Assembly: GCA_001768965.1 (NCBI GenBank)
Contig: MEMY01000047.1
Coordinates: 141 to 47,405 of the forward strand
Direction of reading: 5' to 3'
DNA: 47,265 nucleotides
Source: an archaeon RBG_16_50_20
GTDB lineage: Archaea > Thermoproteota > Bathyarchaeia > 40CM-2-53-6
Part shown: one piece after another, positions 26,855-35,851 of the stretch
Numbering within the stretch: the first letter of the stretch is position 1
Layout: each line of letters opens with the position of its first letter
The notes under the pieces: model-generated
What the model saw: only the letters and a program-made list of their open reading frames with translations
Database searches by the model: none
Told to the model about the DNA's origin: nothing
Made by a program: the position numbers and the translations under genes

Positions 26855-27296
26855 GGTTGTTTGGGAGAGTTTTTTGCGAATCCTCGCGCGCCACGCTCCA
26901 TCCAATAGTTTGCGCGTTGTGCTATACAGGGGTCTAGGTGTTTCGATCGGTATGAATACTCTGATTGGTGGCGGCACTTGGATTGACTGTGTGTACGTGA
27001 AGGGGAAGGTGAAGATTGGCAGTAACGTTCTGGTCAGCGGTCACTCCATTCTGATTGCCCACGACCCATGGAAATCAGGCGAGATAGTAATCGAGGACGG
27101 CGCGTGGATCGGAGTATCTTCCACAATAATTTTCCCAGTTAGGATAGGCAAGAACGCAGTCATCGGCGCTGGTTCTGTGGTAACCAGAGATATCCCCGAG
27201 AACGCTGTCGCAGTTGGCGTACCTGCGAGAGTGATAAAAAACAGAGGGCGCGAGAGAATCGGCGATATGGCTGATAAGGTGCGAGGTCTTGCCTAA
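26811..27296 (+). CDS. hexapeptide-repeat (LbH) acetyltransferase
   Basis: Hexapeptide repeats (IGSNVLVSGHSILIAHD ... IEDGAWIGVSSTIIFPVRIGKNAVIGAGSVVTRDIPENAVAVGVPARVI). Confidence 0.75.
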   Translation: MQEVYWPTPILRNIRVVWESFLRILARHAPSNSLRVVLYRGLGVSIGMNTLIGGGTWIDCVYVKGKVKIGSNVLVSGHSILIAHDPWKSGEIVIEDGAWIGVSSTIIFPVRIGKNAVIGAGSVVTRDIPENAVAVGVPARVIKNRGRERIGDMADKVRGLA

Positions 27297-27568
27297 GCGA
27301 TCTCAAGCTTCCTAAGTCTAATACCGAGTCTGTACACGACCGTGTCGCAGGTTCGGCAGGTAAGCCTGAGCAACTGCTTCTTTGTAGTTTTCGCCGTTCG
27401 TTTGAGTTTGGGGAACTTCTGACCGCCGTAACCATGCTCATCTCGTTCATGCCGTCGATTTCCAATCGCCATGGCTCTGTCCTTCCCCTTCTTGTAGAGC
27501 GACACCTGATGATCAGTATGGGATTTGCACTTGGGACAATACGTTCGCATTTCTTTTGGCATTTTCAT
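27293..27568 (-). CDS. rpl44e: 50S ribosomal protein L44e
   Basis: MKMPKEMRTYCPKCKSHTDHQVSLYKKGKD ... GYGGQ ... CRTC is canonical L44e. Confidence 0.9.
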   Translation of the reverse strand: MKMPKEMRTYCPKCKSHTDHQVSLYKKGKDRAMAIGNRRHERDEHGYGGQKFPKLKRTAKTTKKQLLRLTCRTCDTVVYRLGIRLRKLEIA

Positions 27569-27606
27569 ACTGATCGGCCTAAGTTCGCTAGCTACCTCAG
27601 CGTGGT

Positions 27607-28188
27607 CTATTTATTGTTGATGGGCTGCACTCCTTGCCAGGAGCTGTGGATGCCCCGGACTTCGATCAACCTGGCTGCACCTTGTCTGACGAGCCCCTGA
27701 GCATTTTGAGCCGGGAGCGAGCCTACATCCTCTTTCCTGTACGGGCCGTAAATTTTCAGATCAACTCCCACTATCTCGGGTATGTCTTGAAGGAATCGCA
27801 CTACTACAAGATCAGTCTCCGTCTGAGATGATTGTTCTTTCTTGATTTCAGTTTGCTTTGCCTTGAATGATGCGAGAGAATTATTGAGCCTATTTGCTAG
27901 ATCCTGCTCCTCATCAGTGAGTCCGTCCGTCGTAATTGCATTGCCATTCTTAGCATTTTCAATTATCTTTCGAAGACGTGCCTCCCGTAGTTCGCCTAAG
28001 AGGCGTCCCGCTATCTCTTTCTCCTTGATCAACAATCTGCCCTGAATAGTGTGCGTGTCGCTTGAGGTTGTTTCTTCACCGAGATTCTTCAGGTAGCTCT
28101 CGGTTCGTTGATAGAAATCACTTGGCAGAGGTTGCGGCACATTAGAGGTCTTCTCGGATTTCCAGGCCCTGTAGAGTTCAATGTACAT
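27607..28188 (-). CDS. gins51: GINS complex subunit Gins51 (Gins15-type)
   Basis: N-terminal LYRAWKSE...LPSDFYQRTESYLKNL and a C-terminal B-domain (VVRFLQDIPEIVGVDLKIYGPYRKEDVGSLPAQNAQGLVRQGAARLIE). It lies immediately downstream of priS, the conserved priS-gins pairing. Confidence 0.65.
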   Translation of the reverse strand: MYIELYRAWKSEKTSNVPQPLPSDFYQRTESYLKNLGEETTSSDTHTIQGRLLIKEKEIAGRLLGELREARLRKIIENAKNGNAITTDGLTDEEQDLANRLNNSLASFKAKQTEIKKEQSSQTETDLVVVRFLQDIPEIVGVDLKIYGPYRKEDVGSLPAQNAQGLVRQGAARLIEVRGIHSSWQGVQPINNK

Positions 28189-28190
28189 AG

Positions 28191-29435
28191 TTAACTCTCC
28201 GGCATTGCAACACCCTTAGCAACAAGCAAAACTGCAGCGGACAACGGTAACTCGACCTTTTCATCAGAGAAAGGGCCGAACGTTTGGTCTCGAATTCGGA
28301 GCTGAGGAGCTTCCATAACGCGTATGGTTTGGGTCCCTTCGAAAACCGCGGGCTCAGAGAACGGGTCGAATTCTTCTAATCTGTCCAAGCCGACCATAGC
28401 CGCTTTCAATCCCGTTTTCCCATTCAAAGTTTCCGGCATCCGAATCAGTCTGTGAATGTCAGTGGTGACGACCGTGTCAATCTTTGCGGGGAGAGCCATC
28501 ATAGTCAGTGCTTTCTCGATTACATTTCTCCAAATTTGGTCTGTAATTCCCCACTTGTCTTGAAAAGAACTCCACAGAATTTTCTTTGACCATTCGTTTT
28601 CGATCTGTTCTCGTTCATTGATAATCTGGAGAGCCGCACCTCGTCTGAATCCTAATTCAATAAGCTGTTTCTGATCAAGCTCAGTGATAATTCGATATAC
28701 GCCCTTCGCGAGTCTGCCGCGCCACCCCGGATCGGTCAACTGCGGGCCGATCACAACTGAATGCCCATTCTCCAGAAAGAGATCCTGAGGCCCCTGATAC
28801 AGTCCTTGCTCAGCTGGATCCAAACCCAGTCCGATAACGTAGTCCACTATCTCTTTTCTTTGAACATCGTCCAGCGTTTTCAGTTTGTCTGAGACTAGGT
28901 GGAGGTGGTATCCTCTGTGACCTGAAAAGAACAGATGCATCTGCTCTGATCTGATTCCGAAATCTTCTGCGAGGAGTTCGACGAGTTTCAACACTTCTTC
29001 CTTTGCTGCTATCAGACAACGGTCGCATAGCCAAGCTTTTTCCTCAATCTTCTCATTGCCACACTTTGGGCACTTTGTTGGCTTCTTTCCTCGCCTTGTC
29101 TCCTTGCATTTGGGACAGGCCCACATGTCATGCGTTTCCTTGCATGGTGTGTCAATGTGGTCTGCATCAACATCGAAGACGACATCTGACCCAAGCCAGC
29201 CCTTCTGGTCCATGTCCAGATCGGGCTGCCTGTAATATGCAGTTGAGTAGTAGACATCTGACGGAACAAGAGAAAGGAGAGAATCCGTGAAGACCTTGAA
29301 GTCTCGAAAGGCTTTGTGACGCACCATAATTCTCTCTCGAAAGAGCAGAAATCCGAACTCCCGTTCCGTCATGGCGGATGGGGGTCTGAGCGAAGCGAGT
29401 TTTCTCCTGTAGTACTCTAGAAATTTGCCTTTCAA
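28191..29435 (-). CDS. priS: DNA primase small (catalytic) subunit PriS
   Basis: Catalytic DVVFDVDADH, zinc knuckle CPKCKETRRGKKPTKCPKCG, and SGHRGYHLH. TTG start at 29435. Confidence 0.9.
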   Translation of the reverse strand: MKGKFLEYYRRKLASLRPPSAMTEREFGFLLFRERIMVRHKAFRDFKVFTDSLLSLVPSDVYYSTAYYRQPDLDMDQKGWLGSDVVFDVDADHIDTPCKETHDMWACPKCKETRRGKKPTKCPKCGNEKIEEKAWLCDRCLIAAKEEVLKLVELLAEDFGIRSEQMHLFFSGHRGYHLHLVSDKLKTLDDVQRKEIVDYVIGLGLDPAEQGLYQGPQDLFLENGHSVVIGPQLTDPGWRGRLAKGVYRIITELDQKQLIELGFRRGAALQIINEREQIENEWSKKILWSSFQDKWGITDQIWRNVIEKALTMMALPAKIDTVVTTDIHRLIRMPETLNGKTGLKAAMVGLDRLEEFDPFSEPAVFEGTQTIRVMEAPQLRIRDQTFGPFSDEKVELPLSAAVLLVAKGVAMPES

Positions 29436-29616
29436 GAAATCGAAGCGTTTGCTTGTCTCAACTTGTAGTGACAGTTTCGTTTCCCTATTCCTGGTCAGGG
29501 ATCATTTATTCTGAGCTTGGGTGGTCGAATGGTATCTCGCAAATATAGGTTTGAGCAGACCGAATGAATTCATAAATGCTGCGTCTGCCATTACAAGTAT
29601 TGCTGAGGACTGGGAG

Positions 29617-29931
29617 ATGAGCGAGGTTTTCGTCAAAGTCGGTAAGCTGAGCGATTTTTCCGAGGGAAAGCTCAAGAAGGTTCAGGTGGCCGGTGAAGAG
29701 GCTGTGGTTGCAAATATCTCTGGTAAGATTTACGCTATGACTGCCACTTGTACGCACAGAGGTGGTCCACTCGATGAAGGTGAACTCGACGGAACTACTG
29801 TTATCTGTCCTTGGCATGGCGGTCAGTTTGACGTGACAACGGGAAAAGTCGTGAGCCCTCCTCCAATGAAAGACGAAGTTGCATTCGATGTGCAGATCGA
29901 AGGTTCGGACGTGCTACTCAAGAAGAGATAG
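29617..29931 (+). CDS. small Rieske [2Fe-2S] domain protein
   Basis: CTHRGGPL ... CPWHGGQF cluster ligands. The ATG at 29617, preceded by GGGAG, gives the usual length of about 104 aa. Confidence 0.8.
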   Translation: MSEVFVKVGKLSDFSEGKLKKVQVAGEEAVVANISGKIYAMTATCTHRGGPLDEGELDGTTVICPWHGGQFDVTTGKVVSPPPMKDEVAFDVQIEGSDVLLKKR

Positions 29932-32197
29932 GTTGCAACCTGGGTAAATCATTCTCGCCAGGCTCCTTACGCTTCCGCTTATTGACGGCATAGAGCTCGA
30001 AGCCAAGTGCGATGGCCACCATGCCTAGGACCAATAATACTATGGAAGGCAGGATCAAGACAATTGGGTTGGGAGCAAGGACAACTTCGTAATCTGGGAT
30101 GAGATATCCTGTGTAATCGAAGGTCAAGGGTCGCATGAGTTCTCCTGCCGTATAGTTCACTGCCTGATCCGTGGCTGAGGTTGCGATGAAATTCACGTTT
30201 GCCAATCTGTATGATGCTTCGTTATCTCCTTTGACTAACGTCTCAAACGCAATAGTGTGAGTCGTTCCTTTCGCAAAATAGATGTCAAGCCAAGAGTCAC
30301 TTGTAGCATTCAGCTCGTTAGTGTTATCAATTTGAACTTGTACTTTGATTCCGTCCGGAATCCCATTCGGCACAAGCGTTAACCGGAACAGACCAGTCGC
30401 AGTTCTTGCATCGATCTTTCCAAACCCCCAAACCGGCGAACCAGTTGCCATCAGACCAGTGTTTAGATCCAAGCGAGCCGTCTGCCTGAAGATAGTGGGC
30501 AAAGCTCTCGCCTGAAGGTTCGGGGCGTATTGGAACATCAATGCGACTACGCCTGCTACGTGAGGTGCTGCCATGCTCGTTCCGGCTAGGATTCTGTGGA
30601 ATGGATCTGGGTCGGAGGTCCTCTCCGCCGTCCCATTCGATCTAGCGGAGGCTATCAGCATTCCAGGCGCCACAACGTCTGGTTTTATTCTTCCGTCTCT
30701 AGTCGGTCCTAAGGAGCTGAACGGCGCAATTCCGCCTGGCCTCAGATCACTCGATCCGAAGCTCTGGCCATTTATCCCGCTCCATGACGTTTTCGTTATG
30801 TAGGCGCCGACCGTCACGACGTAGTGAGCAGTGCCGGGTATCCCGATAGTGATGCTTTGGTCAATCTGGTATCCATTCCCCGGTAGGAAGACAGCTCCTG
30901 GGAAGATACATGAAGCTGTATCGACCCAAGCATCCCAAACTCCGTTTGAACTGATTTGACGTGCACTCAGTGTTACGCTCCAGCCCTGTGTAGGTAGCGG
31001 GGCCGCCGAATTGGCTTCGAAATACAACTCGTTTCCAAGTTCACCTGTACGTGCGAAGGATATGACGTTTCCATAATTGGCCGATTTGTCACCGGCCAGT
31101 GTTGGGATAGTGTACGTTCTTCCGCTCGGTGTTGTGAGTGTTGCAACTATCTCGTCTTGCGACGAGTACCACATGTCGATGGCTAGATCCGTTGTGCTCT
31201 CCCTCACGGAAACATCGAAAGTAACATTCGCACCTTTAACTAACTGGCCGCGAATATGCGAATTGTCTTGAGCTTGATTGCCCGCGGCAACAACAATTGC
31301 GGTGCCCGCCTTCACAAATTCGTCAAGACCTACTTCCCAGGGATCAGACCCATCATGTCCACCAATATTTCCACCCAGACTCAGATTGATCACTGCTCGT
31401 CTTCCGAGTTGAGTCGCCTTCTTGATGATGTAGCTGATGCCATCTAGAATTTGTGAGGAATCGAAGGTCCAGCTGCCCCCGTCGCAGATTTCGTGACCGC
31501 TTTTGACGAATATTATGCTGGCATCTGGAGCAACCCCGGTGTAGTTTCCAGTCGCTCGACCTGAGCTGGCAGCGATTCCAGCGACATGGGTTCCATGGCC
31601 AAAAGTGTCCGTTTCTGGGCAACTTCCGGCTTGAATGTCCTCCGAGGTGCACTCGTATCCGTAACCGTAGTTAGCAGGGGGGCGTCCTCCGATGGTCTGG
31701 TCCCAGACGTAGAGGATCTTTGTGCTTCCGTTGGGAAATGTGAAGTCGGGGTGGGACACATCGATTCCTGTGTCAACGAAACCAACAATGACACCCTTAC
31801 CTGTGACATTTCGGCCGTAGGAGTCACGTACTTGATCCCAGACAATGTTTGCGCCAACGTCTGGTACGCTCTGGTCTAAATAGATGGTGAGCGGCCAAGA
31901 GCGTTCAATTCTAGAAACGAAAGGAAGTTGCGCTACGCTTGGCAAATTGGCACTCTGCGTGTGCAGAACGGCCACTCGCCCTGCCACCGTCGTGACAGTC
32001 CCGAAACCACTGAGAAATCCCACTTCCGTAGGTTCAAAGTCATCAACTCCCTCTACAAGTAGTGATACTGCGCCTCGTTCAGGGGTTTGATAGAAGACTG
32101 CTTCCGCCGGGACATCACTCAAAGCAGTTGCCACGGGATTGGCTACGGAAGCCATAAGCAAGGCTAGAATTACTGCGCTCAGAACTTGCTTTTTCAT
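29918..32197 (-). CDS. secreted, C-terminally membrane-anchored subtilisin-like serine protease (peptidase S8)
   Basis: Signal peptide MKKQVLSAVILALLMASVANPVATA and catalytic triad motifs VGFVDTGID, HGTHVAGIAA and GTSMAAPHVAG. The C-terminal TM (IVLILPSIVLLVLGMVAIALGF) is followed by KRKRK. Many N-x-S/T sequons. Confidence 0.9.
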   Translation of the reverse strand: MKKQVLSAVILALLMASVANPVATALSDVPAEAVFYQTPERGAVSLLVEGVDDFEPTEVGFLSGFGTVTTVAGRVAVLHTQSANLPSVAQLPFVSRIERSWPLTIYLDQSVPDVGANIVWDQVRDSYGRNVTGKGVIVGFVDTGIDVSHPDFTFPNGSTKILYVWDQTIGGRPPANYGYGYECTSEDIQAGSCPETDTFGHGTHVAGIAASSGRATGNYTGVAPDASIIFVKSGHEICDGGSWTFDSSQILDGISYIIKKATQLGRRAVINLSLGGNIGGHDGSDPWEVGLDEFVKAGTAIVVAAGNQAQDNSHIRGQLVKGANVTFDVSVRESTTDLAIDMWYSSQDEIVATLTTPSGRTYTIPTLAGDKSANYGNVISFARTGELGNELYFEANSAAPLPTQGWSVTLSARQISSNGVWDAWVDTASCIFPGAVFLPGNGYQIDQSITIGIPGTAHYVVTVGAYITKTSWSGINGQSFGSSDLRPGGIAPFSSLGPTRDGRIKPDVVAPGMLIASARSNGTAERTSDPDPFHRILAGTSMAAPHVAGVVALMFQYAPNLQARALPTIFRQTARLDLNTGLMATGSPVWGFGKIDARTATGLFRLTLVPNGIPDGIKVQVQIDNTNELNATSDSWLDIYFAKGTTHTIAFETLVKGDNEASYRLANVNFIATSATDQAVNYTAGELMRPLTFDYTGYLIPDYEVVLAPNPIVLILPSIVLLVLGMVAIALGFELYAVNKRKRKEPGENDLPRLQPISS

Positions 32198-32200
32198 TGG

Positions 32201-33277
32201 TTATTCCCGTCTTCTACTTGAGAAGTTTCTCTGTCTTCGCCCACGGAATAGCGTGCGGGCTTTTCGTCGATAGTATGTGAGCGGGTGGGTGATTGTAGCA
32301 CAGAGTTCGTCAGGATTGACGCAAAGCCCGTGGGTTCTCATCGTGTTGCAGTTCGGTGCAGTGTATTTCCTTCTTGATCCACGTTTACCTGCTATATGTT
32401 CCACCTGATACCGCGCAATCCTCTCCTCGAAGTCGGTGAATGATTTGAACATCTTGAGCAGTTCCTCTTCACTCGTCCCTATGTTCAGCAAGAATGCAGC
32501 CATAGCGAAGCGACCCATGTGGGAAATGTGCTTGCTCGTTTGAAGAAGGCTCAGCAAGTTCCTCATGCAGGGCGGCATCGCCGCTGCCATCACTGCCCGA
32601 GGCATTTCATCGGCCGCAAGATACTGAGAGCGTGCTCTTATGATGGAGCGAAGTGGGTCCACATATTTTTCAAGTTCTGGCGGCACCGCAAGTCCTGTGA
32701 TAGAGGTTCTGTCAAGTACTCGAGCTTGAACTTCCTCCTCCAACAACCTGGCGAAGTCTTCGCGTGGAAGTAAAGCGTAACCTTCAGACAGCACTCTATT
32801 AACTAATTTCCATCGTAAATCGCGTATTCTAGCCGAGTTGCGAACGTAATCCTCGAAGTGAAGGGCAAATTCGAAGTGGCTATCGCCTACATCTCTGTCA
32901 TCGATCCTGGCATCCCATCCGAATGACCCTCTGGAGACCTGAAGGAGCTTCTCAGGAAGTTCATCCCTCAGAAGTTGGTAGGCTCTCTTCGCCTCCGCAA
33001 GAGCAAACCTCCTGCGCGCTCTGTCGTCACCGATAACACTGATTAGCATGAGCGCGGTCGGATACGCTAAGATATCTACGTCTTCCTGCGTTAGTTCGGC
33101 GGAGATCTTGCCGGAAAATACTCCTTGCTTGATGCGGTCAATTGCACGTTCAAGGATCGGGAGCAATTCCGGTCTTGCTAGTTCGACCGGCTCAATATTG
33201 AAGGATTTGATGTACTCTGAGGCTTCAGTCGTAAAGGGGAATTTTGCGAGGTCAAGTTTGGTGAGAAGTGCTTGCAT
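32201..33277 (-). CDS. priL: DNA primase large subunit PriL
   Basis: Fe-S domain cysteines (PPCMRNLL ... CNTMRTHGLCVNPDELC). Length and helical N-terminal domain are typical of PriL. Confidence 0.85.
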   Translation of the reverse strand: MQALLTKLDLAKFPFTTEASEYIKSFNIEPVELARPELLPILERAIDRIKQGVFSGKISAELTQEDVDILAYPTALMLISVIGDDRARRRFALAEAKRAYQLLRDELPEKLLQVSRGSFGWDARIDDRDVGDSHFEFALHFEDYVRNSARIRDLRWKLVNRVLSEGYALLPREDFARLLEEEVQARVLDRTSITGLAVPPELEKYVDPLRSIIRARSQYLAADEMPRAVMAAAMPPCMRNLLSLLQTSKHISHMGRFAMAAFLLNIGTSEEELLKMFKSFTDFEERIARYQVEHIAGKRGSRRKYTAPNCNTMRTHGLCVNPDELCATITHPLTYYRRKARTLFRGRRQRNFSSRRRE

Positions 33278-33331
33278 ATTCGTTGGTCTCTAGGGCGAGA
33301 GGCTTTTCATAATGTCACGATGCTATTGCTT

Positions 33332-34084
33332 CTACTCCGCTTCAATTCTTGGTGCCAGATAGTAGAGCAGTTTGCCTTGCTGTGGCATTTCATACTCAAG
33401 CTTCACCGGCATATTGGATGAGAACTCAATCGTCACAAGCTCGGCAGCGGTGGAGCCGGCCTTGGATATTTCTGATAGATAATTGAGGTTGAAGGTTGCC
33501 TTGCAAGGTTCCTTCACTTCCAACTCAAGCAGTACGTCACTTCCCTTTTCCAGTTCTATCTTCGCGCCGCTCAGCTCCGTGACAGCCTCGGCGGTAAACT
33601 TCTCTTGGGTTGTTTCGAACCGGACATTGTCGCTAACGGTCTGGATCTGATCAATGATGTCCTTGAAGCTTGAACTTATCATCTTGATTTTCGTGTTGAA
33701 CGCAATTTTTGGGGTCGGCACCTCTTCGTCGCCAGGGTCAAGCGTGGGCAGCGTGAAGGTGGTCTTCCATTTGCCCTTGATTACCATGCTCAATTTACGA
33801 GTGTTCTCATCATAGGCCATTTCGAGGGGGTCCTGGCCAGCGCCACGCAACTTCTTGACTATGTCAGACACATTCAAACGGATCTTGGTTGGTTGAAGGC
33901 AAGTGTATTCCTCGAAAGCAGATTTGTTCCATTCAAAATCCACCATCGCTACATGCGACGGGTCCATGGATCTGAGTTTGATCCCTTCGGGAGCAGCGTT
34001 GAGGTCAGCTTCTTCAATCAACGTGGAGATTGCGGCGAGAATGTTTTTCCACTGTCTTGCGTCGCTGATCTTTGCTGTGAACAA
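33332..34084 (-). CDS. pcn: DNA polymerase sliding clamp PCNA
   Basis: 250-aa protein. The N-terminus (MFTAKISDARQWKNILAAISTLIEEADLNAAPEGIKLRSMDPSHVAMVDFEW) matches the PCNA pattern. Confidence 0.85.
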   Translation of the reverse strand: MFTAKISDARQWKNILAAISTLIEEADLNAAPEGIKLRSMDPSHVAMVDFEWNKSAFEEYTCLQPTKIRLNVSDIVKKLRGAGQDPLEMAYDENTRKLSMVIKGKWKTTFTLPTLDPGDEEVPTPKIAFNTKIKMISSSFKDIIDQIQTVSDNVRFETTQEKFTAEAVTELSGAKIELEKGSDVLLELEVKEPCKATFNLNYLSEISKAGSTAAELVTIEFSSNMPVKLEYEMPQQGKLLYYLAPRIEAE

Positions 34085-34170
34085 TATCTGACCACCAAAC
34101 GTTAGAGGATGTCTAGAGAAAGGTCTATTGATACTTTAATTGAACGGTGTGGATTGGGGAGCGCAGTATT

Positions 34171-34494
34171 CTAAGATTGTTCACGCCATGTCGTACCGCA
34201 GCTCGCGCAGCGGAAAAACTGCGTAGACGATTCGTCGGCTCCGCGAGTTTGAACAAGCCAATAAAACGCCTCCTTATGGCCGCACTTGGGGCAATCCACT
34301 TTGGTTTTCGGTAGCGTCCGTATCTTCTGCTCTTCCCTTCCGATAACAACAACGTTCTCTTTTTGCTGTTCAAGGATCTGAACAGTTCGGTCTGAACGCT
34401 TAGTCTCGTATCCACATTTCGGGCAGCTTAAGACTACGGATTTTTGCTTCTTAGTCGGGAGAAGCGCTAAGCCACACTTTGGGCAGAACTGCAC
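34171..34494 (-). CDS. tfs: transcription factor S (TFS / RpoM-like)
   Basis: N-terminal zinc ribbon FCPKCG..CPKCG. The C-terminal TFIIS-type ribbon is CPKCGHKEAFYWLVQTRGADESSTQFFRCASCGTTWRE. GTG start. Confidence 0.9.
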   Translation of the reverse strand: MQFCPKCGLALLPTKKQKSVVLSCPKCGYETKRSDRTVQILEQQKENVVVIGREEQKIRTLPKTKVDCPKCGHKEAFYWLVQTRGADESSTQFFRCASCGTTWREQS

Positions 34495-34688
34495 TTTTGA
34501 TAACGACCGGCTAGGCCAATCCCAGAGAGTTCCATTTAAGCGTTAGGGAAAACTATTCAGAAATTTCTGATAGCTCGAAACTGTGACCACGGAAATATTC
34601 ATCTACGGGTGTGCGCTGGTCAAGGCGTGTTCGGTCGGGGCTTCGAGTCGCTCTGGTGTTTCTGAGTGTTTTCGTTAGGAATTGGGAT

Positions 34689-35174
34689 TTAGGCTAGACG
34701 GCTCGCGACCAGATCAGCGACCCTAACGGCTTCTGGAATTCTGTGGTTACCTGCACAACCAATCGAAAAAACTTCGGCCGCTCTTTCGTAACTCATCCCC
34801 TGCACCCTAACGTAGACCGGTCTGCCTCTTACGCTGATTGGACAGCGCCCCCTTGGCTCGCGTGGGTCATCCTTTCTCATTACCAATATGACTGGGAGAC
34901 GGATTTTGCGGAAGAGCACTGAAATGTTGATGTGATGGCCCGGTAGCAGTTCTTTCTTTGCGATAATTACAGCGTGAACTTGCGAGTATTGTTTTGATTT
35001 CCTTATTGACCGCGCAAGGTCTGACAGGTAGTCTCGGCGTCCCGGTTCGAGAAGGCAGCTAAACACGCCGTCCAGCCACAGGCTACCTCTGAATACAACT
35101 CCCACAACAGGCACTTTCTTAGTTCTTTCTGAGGATGAGCTTAAGCCAAGAATCCTGATCTCTTTCTTTAGCAA
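34689..35174 (-). CDS. DUF99/UPF0215 family protein (endonuclease V-like fold)
   Basis: VVGVVFRGSLWLDGVFS and C-terminal RIPEAVRVADLVA resemble the DUF99 signature. By eye only. Confidence 0.5.
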   Translation of the reverse strand: MLKKEIRILGLSSSSERTKKVPVVGVVFRGSLWLDGVFSCLLEPGRRDYLSDLARSIRKSKQYSQVHAVIIAKKELLPGHHINISVLFRKIRLPVILVMRKDDPREPRGRCPISVRGRPVYVRVQGMSYERAAEVFSIGCAGNHRIPEAVRVADLVASRLA

Positions 35175-35190
35175 CTACAGCCCGGCTTGG

Positions 35191-35556
35191 TCATTGGCTG
35201 ACCCGTTCAGCTGCCAATTTGAGGAGTTCGGCAAGACCTGCATCAGGGCCGTCTGGGTTTTGGCTGAGTACTTTAACGCTCTCTTCTATCGTAGTGAGCC
35301 CCCTACGGTATGCCTCGACAAGCAGCGATTCGGAAGCGTTTGCTAGGTTTTTTCTCGCGACTCTCGTTCCCAAATACTCTCGCAATCCGGAGAGTCTGAA
35401 GGCCTCCGCAAGAATCCTATCACTCACCTTAACCGCCCGAGGCTCTCCGCTCATCTGCGTCAGAGCCAGAGAATAGACGAAATTCACATACGCGTCCCCC
35501 AGACTTGCGAGCTGTCTATTTCGCAGGATCTGGCGGATTACATCTGGGTTGCGCAT
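35191..35556 (-). CDS. small RNase III-domain-like (mini-III-like) protein
   Basis: LASLGDAYVNFVYSLAL resembles the RNase III signature (ERLEFLGDA...). A later ESLLVEAYRRG resembles the second catalytic-region motif (FEALIGA). 121 aa. The ATG overlaps the rpoL stop. Confidence 0.4.
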   Translation of the reverse strand: MRNPDVIRQILRNRQLASLGDAYVNFVYSLALTQMSGEPRAVKVSDRILAEAFRLSGLREYLGTRVARKNLANASESLLVEAYRRGLTTIEESVKVLSQNPDGPDAGLAELLKLAAERVSQ

Positions 35557-35840
35557 CAGGATGGTCCGGCGGCCTTACCGAATTTCTCGTTGAACTCCTT
35601 GTTGAGTTCCTGAATGCTCGCCAAGGCGTTCAATAGCACTTTCTCGGGTGAAGTTTCACGTTTGGTTTTCAGATAGACGATGCTTGACCTTATCAGCGGG
35701 TGGGGTTGGTCGTAGCCTGCGATCTCAACATTCTTGTCTTCGAGGATAATGTTCTGCAGGAGGTTACAGAAAGTGTGGTCCTCTCCAACAATCTCAATTT
35801 TCAACTCGTTCTTCGTCTTTGATAGGACTTTAACTTCCAT
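35556..35840 (-). CDS. rpoL: DNA-directed RNA polymerase subunit L (Rpo11)
   Basis: ELKIEIVGEDHTFCNLLQNIILEDKNVEIAGYDQPHPL is the canonical RpoL/Rpb11 motif. Confidence 0.8.
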   Translation of the reverse strand: MEVKVLSKTKNELKIEIVGEDHTFCNLLQNIILEDKNVEIAGYDQPHPLIRSSIVYLKTKRETSPEKVLLNALASIQELNKEFNEKFGKAAGPS

Positions 35841-35851
35841 TGTTCAGCCCC

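Noticed and set aside
25445-27296. Calling the three-gene cassette a mobile element or genomic island.
   Set aside because: I could see no integrase, transposase, tRNA target site, direct repeats or obvious compositional shift. It is reported only as a synteny break.
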